A DNA stretch of 64,000 nt from contig JADGOV010000001.1 in NCBI GenBank assembly GCA_017882785.1, positions 481 through 64,480 of the forward strand, written 5' to 3'. Of the stretch, positions 1-8,158 are shown piece after piece. The stretch comes from Frankiaceae bacterium (GTDB lineage Bacteria; Actinomycetota; Actinomycetes; JADGOV01). How positions within the stretch are numbered: position 1 is the stretch's first letter; every line of letters starts with the position of its first letter. Position numbers and translations under genes: made by a program. The notes under the pieces were generated by a model. The model did no database searches. It saw nothing but the letters and a program-made list of their open reading frames with translations, and was not told the DNA's origin.

Positions 1-1670
1 CGACGGGTCTGGACGGGGTCACCATGGCCGATCTCGTCGAGCTTGGCCCGGCCCGGCTGCCGGCCGAGGCGGTGGCCATCCGCGACGAGGTGGTGACGCT
101 TCAGGCGTACGAATACACCGGCGGCCTGCGTCCCGGCGACGTGGCCATCAGCCGGGGGGAGCCGCTGTCGGCCGGGCTTGGCCCAGGTCTGCTCGGTGGC
201 GTCTTCGACGGCCTGCTCCGGAGCCTTGTCGGCGCCCCCGAATACCTGTTCCCCGGGCGGCGGGAGGAGCCCGCCGCCACGACCCTGTGGCACTTCGTCC
301 CCGAGGCGAAGGAGGGCGACGAGGCGTGGCCCGGCGTGCGGATCGGCACCGTCGACGGCGTCGGTCTGGAACATCGGGTCCTCGTGCCACCTGGTGTCGC
401 CGGACGGCTGGACTGGGTTGCCGACGAGGGCCCCCACACGCTGGCCGAGCCGGTGGCCCGGGTTGGCGAGGCTGCCATCGCCCTGCAGACCCGATGGCCT
501 ATCCGCCGGCCGCGACCGGTCCTCGAACGCCTCAACGGCGGAGTGCCGCTCTTTACCGGCCAGCGCGTGCTGGATCTGCTGTACCCGGTTGCCCAGGGCA
601 GTGCCGCCGCTGTGCCGGGTGGCTTCGGCACCGGCAAGACGATGCTGCTGCAGCAGATCGCGAAGTGGTCCGACGCCGACGCGATCGTCTACGTCGGATG
701 CGGCGAACGCGGCAACGAGCTGGCCGACACACTGCAGGAGCTGCGCGAGCTCGATGATCCGCGGCGCGGCGGCCGGCTGGCGGACCGTACGGTCATCATC
801 GCGAACACCTCGAACATGCCGATGATGGCGCGCGAGGCCAGCATCTACTCGGGGCTCACGGTCGCTGAGTACCTCCGCGACATGGGATACCACACGGTCG
901 TCATCGCCGACTCGACGTCGCGATGGGCGGAGGCGCGGCGGGAGTTCGCCTCCCGGACCCGTCAACTGCCCGCCGAGGAGGGCTATCCGGCTGACCTGCC
1001 CTCCTCGCTCGCGGCGTTCTATGAACGTGCTGGCCGCTTTCGTACCCTCTCCGGGGCTGAGGCATCGGTGACGGTCATCGGGGCTGTCTCACCCGCCGGC
1101 GGGGACATGACCGAGCCGGTGACCGCGCACACCCAGCGCTTCGTCCGCTGCCTGTGGACGCTCGACCGCGACCTCGCCTACGCCCGGCACTACCCGTCGG
1201 TGAGCTGGCGCGGGTCGTACTCGCGGGACGCGGCGGTGATCGCCGGCTGGTACACCGGGCGAGGCGACCCGGAGTGGGTCCGCCGCCGCGCACGGGTGCT
1301 TGCCCTGCTCGCCGAGGCTGATCGCCTGGCCGAGCTCGCGGAGTTGGTCGGGGTGAGTGCGCTGCCCAGCCAGGAGCGCATGGTGCTCCTCGTCGGTCAG
1401 CTGATCCGGCGTGCGGTGCTGCAGCAGAGCGCGACCAGTGCCAACGACGCCACCTGCGCGATGCCGAAGCAGGCCGCGCTGGTGGACGCGGTGCTGACCG
1501 TCCACGACCGCAGCGTGCAACTGGTATCCGATGGCGTGTCGGCGACGGCGATGGAGAAGGTGGACTTCACCCCGCTCTTACGGGCCAGGGAGGACAGCGG
1601 GTCCTCGGACGTGGATGCGGTGATCCGCCGCCGCGAGGAGCTGCTCGGCGTGCTGGACGGCTTGACATGA
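1..1670 (+). CDS. atpA: A/V-type ATP synthase catalytic subunit A (5' partial; the reading frame is open back to the window start)
   Basis: Walker A 'PGGFGTGKT' followed by 'WSDADAIVYVGCGERGNE' is the signature of V/A-type ATPase subunit A. The frame has no stop upstream of the first in-window ATG (24), and about 25-30 N-terminal residues of this family are missing. Confidence 0.9.
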   Translation, partial: TGLDGVTMADLVELGPARLPAEAVAIRDEVVTLQAYEYTGGLRPGDVAISRGEPLSAGLGPGLLGGVFDGLLRSLVGAPEYLFPGRREEPAATTLWHFVPEAKEGDEAWPGVRIGTVDGVGLEHRVLVPPGVAGRLDWVADEGPHTLAEPVARVGEAAIALQTRWPIRRPRPVLERLNGGVPLFTGQRVLDLLYPVAQGSAAAVPGGFGTGKTMLLQQIAKWSDADAIVYVGCGERGNELADTLQELRELDDPRRGGRLADRTVIIANTSNMPMMAREASIYSGLTVAEYLRDMGYHTVVIADSTSRWAEARREFASRTRQLPAEEGYPADLPSSLAAFYERAGRFRTLSGAEASVTVIGAVSPAGGDMTEPVTAHTQRFVRCLWTLDRDLAYARHYPSVSWRGSYSRDAAVIAGWYTGRGDPEWVRRRARVLALLAEADRLAELAELVGVSALPSQERMVLLVGQLIRRAVLQQSATSANDATCAMPKQAALVDAVLTVHDRSVQLVSDGVSATAMEKVDFTPLLRAREDSGSSDVDAVIRRREELLGVLDGLT

Positions 1671-1680
1671 CCCCACAGAC

Positions 1681-3081
1681 ATGACCCCACCGACCCAGCT
1701 CGAGTTCTGCGACGTCCGTCAGGTCGTCGGCCCGCTGGTGGTGCTCAAGCGGGTCGAGGGAGTCGGGTGGGACGAGTTCGCCCAGGTCCGGCTGCCGTCG
1801 GGGGAGACCCGGCAGGGTCTGGTGCTGGAGGTGGACGAGGACACCGCGGTCGTGCAGATCCTGCAGGGCACGCAGGGCATCGGCCTCTCCGGCGTCCGGC
1901 TGGCCTTCGAGGGCCGGCCGTTACACATTCCCGTCGGCGAGGGTTGGCTCGGCCGGGTCTGTGACGGGCTGGGCCAGCCTCGTGACGGCGGTCCCCCCGT
2001 CTTCGGCGAGACGCTGCGGCCGGTGGCCGGCGCGCCGATGAACCCGGTGGCTCGGGCCACACCGAGCGAGCCGGTGCTGACCGGGGTGTCCGCGATCGAC
2101 GCCCTGACCACGCTGGTACGCGGGCAGAAGCTACCGATCTTCTCGGTGGCCGGGCTGCCCCACCTGGAACTGGCCACCCAGATCGCCGCCCAGGCGCACG
2201 CCGGTGACGAGCCGTTCAAGGTGGTATTCGCCGGGATGGGCCTCTCCCATCCCGACGCCGCCGCGGTGCGGGACGTGTTGGAGGAACGCGCCGCGGCCGG
2301 TGAGCTCACCCTGTTCCTCAACACCGCCGACGATCCGGTCATCGAGCGGGTCCTGACACCCCGGCTCGCGCTCACCGTGGCCGAGTACCTCGCTTTCGTC
2401 CGCGGCCAGCACGTGCTCGTCGTGGTCGCGGACATGACCAGCTACGCGGAGGCGGTTCGTGAGGTGTCCGCGGCCCGGGGCGAGGTGCCCGGGCGACGCG
2501 CCTATCCGGGCTACCTCTACAGCGACCTGGCCTCGCTGTACGAGCGCTGCGGTCGGATAGCCGGCCGACCGGGCTCTGTCACCTTGGTGCCCGTCCTCAC
2601 CATGCCTGGTGGCGACATCACGCATCCCGTCCCGGACCTCACCGGATACATCACGGAAGGGCAGATCGTGCTCTCCCGCAGCCTCCACGAGCGGGGGATC
2701 TTCCCGCCAGTCGACGTCCTCGGCTCCCTGTCCCGGCTGATGCGCAAAGGCGCCGGCCCCGGCCGGACCCGGCCCGAGCACGTGGACCTGGCGGCCCAAC
2801 TCGTGGCCGCGCTGGCCCGGTCCGGGCAGGCCGCAGACCTCGCCGAGCTCGTCGGGGCGGCGGCGTTGACCGAGACCGATCGGCGCTACCTGGGCTTCGC
2901 GAAGGTCTTCGAGGGGACCTTCCTTCGCCAACGCATCGACGAGGCCCGCACTCTCGACCAGACGCTGGACCTGGCCTGGCAGGTGATCTCGATGCTGCCG
3001 CGCCGTGAATTGGCGATGCTTGACCACGAGGCGCTGGACAGCCACTACCGGGAGGTCGTCCCGGACGGGGCATCCCCGTGA
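1681..3081 (+). CDS. atpB: A/V-type ATP synthase subunit B (non-catalytic)
   Basis: 466 aa with 'RGQKLPIFSVAGLPH' and 'YPGYLYSDLASLYERCG', the degenerate P-loop and regions conserved in V/A-type B subunits. It directly follows subunit A. Confidence 0.9.
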   Translation: MTPPTQLEFCDVRQVVGPLVVLKRVEGVGWDEFAQVRLPSGETRQGLVLEVDEDTAVVQILQGTQGIGLSGVRLAFEGRPLHIPVGEGWLGRVCDGLGQPRDGGPPVFGETLRPVAGAPMNPVARATPSEPVLTGVSAIDALTTLVRGQKLPIFSVAGLPHLELATQIAAQAHAGDEPFKVVFAGMGLSHPDAAAVRDVLEERAAAGELTLFLNTADDPVIERVLTPRLALTVAEYLAFVRGQHVLVVVADMTSYAEAVREVSAARGEVPGRRAYPGYLYSDLASLYERCGRIAGRPGSVTLVPVLTMPGGDITHPVPDLTGYITEGQIVLSRSLHERGIFPPVDVLGSLSRLMRKGAGPGRTRPEHVDLAAQLVAALARSGQAADLAELVGAAALTETDRRYLGFAKVFEGTFLRQRIDEARTLDQTLDLAWQVISMLPRRELAMLDHEALDSHYREVVPDGASP

Positions 3082-3707
3082 CGGTGCGCGCCCCCACGGG
3101 TCGGGCTGGGCGGCTGTGGCTGATCCGCCGGCTGGACGTCGCACACCGAGCGGCCGGGCTCCTCGAGCGGAAGGCGAAGATCCTGCGCGGCGAGGAGCAG
3201 CGGCTGAACCTGCTTACCGACCGCTGTCGACGGGAGTGGCTGCCCCGGGCGGAGGAAGCCTCGACGTGGCTGCTGCGAGCCGGACTGCTCGGTGGGCAGC
3301 GACCGCTCCGACTCGGCACGGATGAAACCGCGGGCCGGGCCGTGCTGCGTGTCGGATGGCGCACGTCCATGGGGGTGCGCTATCCGGACGAGGTCGCTCT
3401 CGAGTTACCGCCGGCCCCGGCCGGCATCGCCGCCATCGGCAGCGCGGCGCTGACCCAGGCCACGGGAGCGCACCGCGCCGCCCTGGGCGCCGGGGTTCGC
3501 TATGCGGCGGCCACCGCGGCGCTGACCCGGGTCCGGGCGGAGCTGCTGGCGACCCGGCGACGGCTGCGCGGCGTCGAGGACCGACTCATCCCGCGCCTTG
3601 AGGAGACGCTTCGGCTCACCGAACTCAGCCTCGACGAGATCGAGCGGGAGGAAGGCCTCCGCCTTCGCTGGGCCCACCCGGAGCGCCCGACGGAACCTGA
3701 CAGCTAG
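3078..3707 (+). CDS. atpD: A/V-type ATP synthase subunit D
   Basis: 209 aa coiled-coil protein. Its GTG start overlaps the atpB stop (GTGA), and the position and size match subunit D, the last gene of V/A operons. Confidence 0.8.
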   Translation: MTVRAPTGRAGRLWLIRRLDVAHRAAGLLERKAKILRGEEQRLNLLTDRCRREWLPRAEEASTWLLRAGLLGGQRPLRLGTDETAGRAVLRVGWRTSMGVRYPDEVALELPPAPAGIAAIGSAALTQATGAHRAALGAGVRYAAATAALTRVRAELLATRRRLRGVEDRLIPRLEETLRLTELSLDEIEREEGLRLRWAHPERPTEPDS

Positions 3708-3777
3708 CCCATTCTCACAGCCAATCCTCAGCCGTCTGACAGGGAAGAAGCAGCGCGGCGGCGAAGGATGTCACGAT

Positions 3778-3805
3778 GACCTCGGTCGGCGGACCTCGGT
3801 CGGCG
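3778..3805. repeat. Perfect 14-bp tandem direct repeat (gacctcggtcggcg x2) ending 24 nt before the response-regulator start codon
   Basis: Read directly from the sequence. An AGGAGG ribosome-binding site follows at 3818-3823. Confidence 0.8.
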
Positions 3806-3828
3806 CATGTTCGGACGCAGGAGGCGCG

Positions 3829-4566
3829 ATGAGCGACAGCGCACCCGCTGTGCACGTTGCCACGTCGGCACCGGCCGAGGCCCGGCTGCTCGTCGTGGAC
3901 GACGAGCCGAACATCGTCGAACTGCTGTCGGCGAGCCTGCGGTACGCCGGGTTCGACGTGACCAGCGCGCGTAACGGTCGGGAGGCGCTGAAGGCCGTGC
4001 GTGACTTCCGGCCCGATCTGCTCGTGCTCGACGTGATGATGCCGGACCTCGACGGCTTCGGCCTCCTCCGGCGGCTGCGCAGTGACGGCAGTCGGCTGCC
4101 CGTGCTCTTTCTCACTGCCCGGGACGGCACCGAGGACAAGGTGACCGGGTTGACCCTCGGCGGGGACGACTACGTCACGAAGCCGTTCAGCCTGGAGGAG
4201 GTGCTCGCCCGCATTCGGGCGATCCTGCGACGCAACGGCCCGGCCGATCCGGTGACGACGTCGGCTCGGCTTTCCTTCGCCGATATCGAACTCGACGACG
4301 ACACGCACGAGGTGTGGAAGGCCGGCGAGGTCGTCGCGTTGTCTCCGACCGAGTTCAAGCTGTTGCGCTATTTCCTGCAGAACGCGGGCCGGGTGCTGAG
4401 CAAGGCGCAGATCCTCGACCACGTCTGGCACTACGACTTCGGCGGTGATGCCAACGTCGTCGAGTCCTACGTGTCCTACCTGCGGCGCAAGATGGATACC
4501 ACCGACCCCCGCCTGCTGCACACGCTGCGCGGAGTGGGCTACAGCCTGCGGCTGCCACGGACATGA
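3829..4566 (+). CDS. OmpR-family two-component response regulator
   Basis: Receiver domain ('LLVVDDEPNIVELL...DLLVLDVMMPDLDGF...LFLTARD...KVTGLTLGGDDYVTKPFSLEE') plus a winged-helix C-terminal domain ('FKLLRYFLQNAGRVLSKAQILDHVW'). The ATG at 3829 has an AGGAGG RBS; the ORF-track start at 3598 is an upstream extension. Confidence 0.9.
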   Translation: MSDSAPAVHVATSAPAEARLLVVDDEPNIVELLSASLRYAGFDVTSARNGREALKAVRDFRPDLLVLDVMMPDLDGFGLLRRLRSDGSRLPVLFLTARDGTEDKVTGLTLGGDDYVTKPFSLEEVLARIRAILRRNGPADPVTTSARLSFADIELDDDTHEVWKAGEVVALSPTEFKLLRYFLQNAGRVLSKAQILDHVWHYDFGGDANVVESYVSYLRRKMDTTDPRLLHTLRGVGYSLRLPRT

Positions 4567-6128
4567 TCGCGGCGCCGGGGGCGCACCAGGTCTGGCCGAG
4601 GCGGGCCGGACGGTCGGTGCGGGACCTGGCGGCGCGCACCCCGCTACGGCTGAAGCTGGTCGCTGCCCTGCTCGTGCTGGTGATCGTGGCGCTGGTGACC
4701 GCCGGCGTGGCAGCCACGACCGCACTGCGCGGGATTCTGCTGCAACGCGTCGATGACCAGCTCCGTCAGGCCGCCCGGGCCTCCGTCGGGGGTCCCGGCC
4801 TCCCGGGGGAGGGGGGCGGACGGGCCGGCCGGCCGTTGAGCGAGTACTACGTCGCCTACCTCAGCCCCAACGGGACCCTGGCGGGGGTGCAAACCAGCCC
4901 CTTCGGCGCCGAGGATGCTCCACCGAAGCTGCCCCGGCTCACCCCGGCGGAGGCGTCGGCCCTCGGTGGCAGCACCTTCACGCTGAGCGCACAAGGCGGC
5001 GGTGCGCAGTGGCGTGCCATCGCCCTACCGGCAGCGAATGGCAGCGTGGTGATCTCGCTCAGTCTTGCCGGAGTGCAGCGCACCGTGCACCAACTGGCCC
5101 TCTTGCAGCTGGCCATCGGCGGTGGCGTCGTGGTGCTGCTCGCCGGCGTGGCGTACGTGGTGGTGCGGCGCACCCTGCGGGCGCTGACCGAGGTGGAGGT
5201 CACCGCGGCGGCCATCGCCGCCGGCGACCTGTCCCGGCGGGTCCCGGCTGCCGACCCGCGGACCGAGGTGGGTCGGCTCTCCGCCGCTCTCAACGGCATG
5301 CTCGGCCAGATCGAGCGGGCCTTCCATGTGCAACTCGCGTCTGAGAGCGCCGCTCGGCGATCGGAGTGGCAGATGCGTCGGTTCGTCGCTGACGCCAGCC
5401 ATGAACTGCGTACCCCGCTGACCTCCATCAGGGGCTTCGCGGAGCTGTACCGGCAGGGGGCCGCCGAGGACCCGGAGGATCTTGCCCGCGTCATGCGCCG
5501 CATCGAGGACGAGGCAGCCAGGATGGGGCTGTTGGTCGAGGACCTGCTGCTACTTGCGCGGCTCGACTCGCAGCGGCCGCTGGAACGGACGCTGGTCGAC
5601 CTGCTGACCCTGGCCAACGACGCGGCGCACGACGCCCGGGTCGTCGCGCCGGACCGGCCGATCACCGTGGAGGTGCGGGAGGCGACGACGACCCCGCCTG
5701 TCGTGTGGGGAGACGAGGCCCGCCTCCGTCAGGTCGTCGGCAACCTGATGAGCAACGCGCTCAGCCACACCCCGGCTGGTACGGCGGTCGCCGTGCGGGT
5801 CGGGACCGAGGCTGAGAACGGTCGGACCTATGCCCTGCTCGAGGTCGCCGACCGAGGCCCCGGGCTCGACCCGGCAGACGCCGAACGGGTCTTCGAACGG
5901 TTCTTCCGAGCCGACCAGTCACGCCACCGTGGCTCAGGCGGCAGCGGGTTGGGCCTCTCGATCGCGGACGGGCTGACCACCGCCCATGGCGGGCGGATGG
6001 AGCTGCGGACCAGGGCCGGCGGTGGTGCCACGTTCCGGGTGTTGCTTCCGCTTGCGGACGGGGGGCAGGACGCCGTACTCGGGTCGGGCGCCGCCCCGGT
6101 GGCGACCCCGGTGTCCGGCGGCGGCTGA
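4563..6128 (+). CDS. Sensor histidine kinase (membrane, HAMP-containing)
   Basis: N-terminal TM segment, periplasmic region, second TM and HAMP domain. H-box 'SHELRTPLTSIRGF' and HATPase_c motifs ('DRGPGL...GSGLGLSI'). Start overlaps the regulator stop (ATGA). Confidence 0.85.
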   Translation: MIAAPGAHQVWPRRAGRSVRDLAARTPLRLKLVAALLVLVIVALVTAGVAATTALRGILLQRVDDQLRQAARASVGGPGLPGEGGGRAGRPLSEYYVAYLSPNGTLAGVQTSPFGAEDAPPKLPRLTPAEASALGGSTFTLSAQGGGAQWRAIALPAANGSVVISLSLAGVQRTVHQLALLQLAIGGGVVVLLAGVAYVVVRRTLRALTEVEVTAAAIAAGDLSRRVPAADPRTEVGRLSAALNGMLGQIERAFHVQLASESAARRSEWQMRRFVADASHELRTPLTSIRGFAELYRQGAAEDPEDLARVMRRIEDEAARMGLLVEDLLLLARLDSQRPLERTLVDLLTLANDAAHDARVVAPDRPITVEVREATTTPPVVWGDEARLRQVVGNLMSNALSHTPAGTAVAVRVGTEAENGRTYALLEVADRGPGLDPADAERVFERFFRADQSRHRGSGGSGLGLSIADGLTTAHGGRMELRTRAGGGATFRVLLPLADGGQDAVLGSGAAPVATPVSGGG

Positions 6129-6170
6129 GAACCTCGGGGCTCCGCGGACCGCCTGCCGCGCCGGCCGCGA

Positions 6171-7421
6171 TCAGAACACCCTCGCCGCCTTCCGTGGCCT
6201 GGCCGCCGGCGCCGAGTGCTCCTCCAGGCGACGCAGGGTCCGCGTGGATCGTGGCAGCAACCCGAGCGCGCCGGCGCCGACCCCCAGCAGGCCGCCGTAG
6301 AGCAGCACCGGCGTGGCCCCGAAGGCGCCGGCGGCCGGACCGGCCAGCAGGTAACCGGCCGGCAGCAGGGCAAGTGAACCCATCCAGTCCCATGCCGACA
6401 CACGGGAGAGCAGGTGCGGCGGGATGCGTTGGGCGAGCGCCGTCTCCCACCACACCCCGAACAGGCCGATGCCGACACCGGCGAGCACCATGACGCCGTA
6501 GACGACCGCGAGTGGCGGACCGGCCGCGTACACCGCTATTGCCCCGGGCCACGGCACGCCGGCGAGCATGCCGGTGAGCATCGGACGCCGTGGTCGCCAG
6601 CGCGAGCCGCAGACGACGCCGGTCACCGTGCCGACCCCCCAGGCGGCATTGGCGATGCCGAACACGGCCTCCGAGCCGTACACGTGGCGGGCTACGGCCG
6701 CGCCGAGGACGAAGAACGGCGCCAGCGCCACGAGCAGCGCCGCCGAGAACGCGGCGATGGTCGCCCAGACCCACGTCCGTTCCCGGACCGCGGCCGCGCC
6801 CTCCCGCATCTCGGTGAGAACCGTGCTGCGGACCCCGGCCGGACCGCGGGCCCGCGCGCGTACCCGGCTCAGCATCGCCGCGGAGATCGCGAACGTGACC
6901 GCGTCCAGGCCGAACGCGGCCGCGCCGCCGACGCCAAGCACCAGAGCCGTCGCCAGCGCGGGGCTGACGAAGGTGGCCAACTCGGTGCTGACCCCGGACA
7001 GCGCCTGGGCGTTCTGAATGTCCCACTCGGGCACCGTCTGTGGCACGAGTCCGGTGTACGCCGGGCGAAAGAATGCCTCCGCCGACCCGAAGAGCACGCC
7101 AATGATGACCATCTGCCACACCCGGACGGCACCCACCGCAATGAGCAGTGCCAAGACGCCGTGCAGGACGCCGCGGGTGATGTCGGAAGCGATCATCACG
7201 GTCTGCCGCGGGAGCCGGTCGGCGACGACGCCACCCACCAGCAGGAAGAGCACCAGCGGTAGCGAGTACGCCGCCAGCACCAGCCCCACGTCGCTCGGGT
7301 TGCCGGTCAGCCTCGTGACGTAGAGACCGATGGCGACGATCACCAGCGCGTCGCCGATCATGCTCGTGGACTGGCTCAGCCACAGCAGGCGGAAGTCGCG
7401 GGACCGCAGGACGGAGAACAC
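6171..7421 (-). CDS. MFS transporter
   Basis: 416 aa with about 12 predicted TM helices and the MFS motif 'GGVVADRLPRQTVM' after TM2. Convergent with the kinase gene. Confidence 0.8.
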   Translation of the reverse strand: MFSVLRSRDFRLLWLSQSTSMIGDALVIVAIGLYVTRLTGNPSDVGLVLAAYSLPLVLFLLVGGVVADRLPRQTVMIASDITRGVLHGVLALLIAVGAVRVWQMVIIGVLFGSAEAFFRPAYTGLVPQTVPEWDIQNAQALSGVSTELATFVSPALATALVLGVGGAAAFGLDAVTFAISAAMLSRVRARARGPAGVRSTVLTEMREGAAAVRERTWVWATIAAFSAALLVALAPFFVLGAAVARHVYGSEAVFGIANAAWGVGTVTGVVCGSRWRPRRPMLTGMLAGVPWPGAIAVYAAGPPLAVVYGVMVLAGVGIGLFGVWWETALAQRIPPHLLSRVSAWDWMGSLALLPAGYLLAGPAAGAFGATPVLLYGGLLGVGAGALGLLPRSTRTLRRLEEHSAPAARPRKAARVF

Positions 7422-7469
7422 CCTTCGACGGTAACCGGGCCGTCATCTCCTTTTCGTCCATTGTCGGGC

Positions 7470-7485
7470 ATACCCTAGGGGGGTA
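7470..7485. promoter_or_regulatory. Putative CsoR operator (ATACCCTAGGGGGGTA), 40 bp upstream of csoR
   Basis: GC-rich pseudo-palindrome ATACCC-N4-GGGGTA. This resembles the ATACCC..GGGGTA-type palindromes that CsoR-family repressors bind in copZA-type promoters. Confidence 0.5.
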
Positions 7486-7525
7486 AGGTGTCAAGTCGTG
7501 AGCAGCGAACACAGGGAGGCGACCA

Positions 7526-7867
7526 GTGGGTGTCAGCGACGGCGACCGTGCTGTGCCGACTCCTTCGTCGGTTCAGGCTCGGGCCCAGCCCGGCTACGCC
7601 GAGACGAAGTCCGAGCAGCTCAAGCGTCTCCGGCGGATTGAAGGCCAGGTGCGTGGCCTCCACCGGATGGTGGAGGGCGACATCTACTGCATCGACGTGC
7701 TCACCCAGGTGTCGGCGGCGACGCGGGCACTGGAGTCGTTCGCGCTCGGCCTGCTGGAGGAGCATCTGGCGCACTGCGTGACCGAGGCGATCGCTGCCGG
7801 TGGGGACCAGGCGCAGGCGAAGGTACGGGAAGCCAGTGATGCCATCGCCCGCCTGGTACGCAGTTGA
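7526..7867 (+). CDS. csoR: CsoR/RcnR-family copper-sensing transcriptional repressor
   Basis: 113 aa. 'LKRLRRIEGQVRGLHRMVEGDIYCIDVLTQVSAATRAL' is the DUF156/CsoR helix bundle, including the metal-ligand Cys of the 'YCIDV' motif. GTG start with an AGGGAGG RBS. Confidence 0.85.
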   Translation: MGVSDGDRAVPTPSSVQARAQPGYAETKSEQLKRLRRIEGQVRGLHRMVEGDIYCIDVLTQVSAATRALESFALGLLEEHLAHCVTEAIAAGGDQAQAKVREASDAIARLVRS

Positions 7868-7918
7868 GCACATCTGCCAGCCCGAGACACGATCCCGACA
7901 GTCCCTGAGGAGGACCCC

Positions 7919-8158
7919 ATGACTACCACCCGTCTTCTCGTGGACGGCATGACCTGCGAGCACTGCGTCGCGGCGGTGACGGCGGAGGTGAGCGCGGTCG
8001 ACGGCGTGCGTGAGGTCACGATCGACCTCGTGCCGGGCGACGCCTCGACAGTGTCGATCACCAGCGATGGTCCCCTCGACCCGGCGCAGGCGGCGGCGGC
8101 GATCGACGAGGCCGGCTACACCCTCGCCACCGCTGAGCGCACACGAGAGAAGCCGTGA
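7919..8158 (+). CDS. copZ: Heavy-metal-associated (HMA) copper chaperone
   Basis: 79 aa with an 'MTCEHC' metal-binding motif and ferredoxin-like HMA fold. Sits immediately upstream of copA. Confidence 0.8.
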   Translation: MTTTRLLVDGMTCEHCVAAVTAEVSAVDGVREVTIDLVPGDASTVSITSDGPLDPAQAAAAIDEAGYTLATAERTREKP

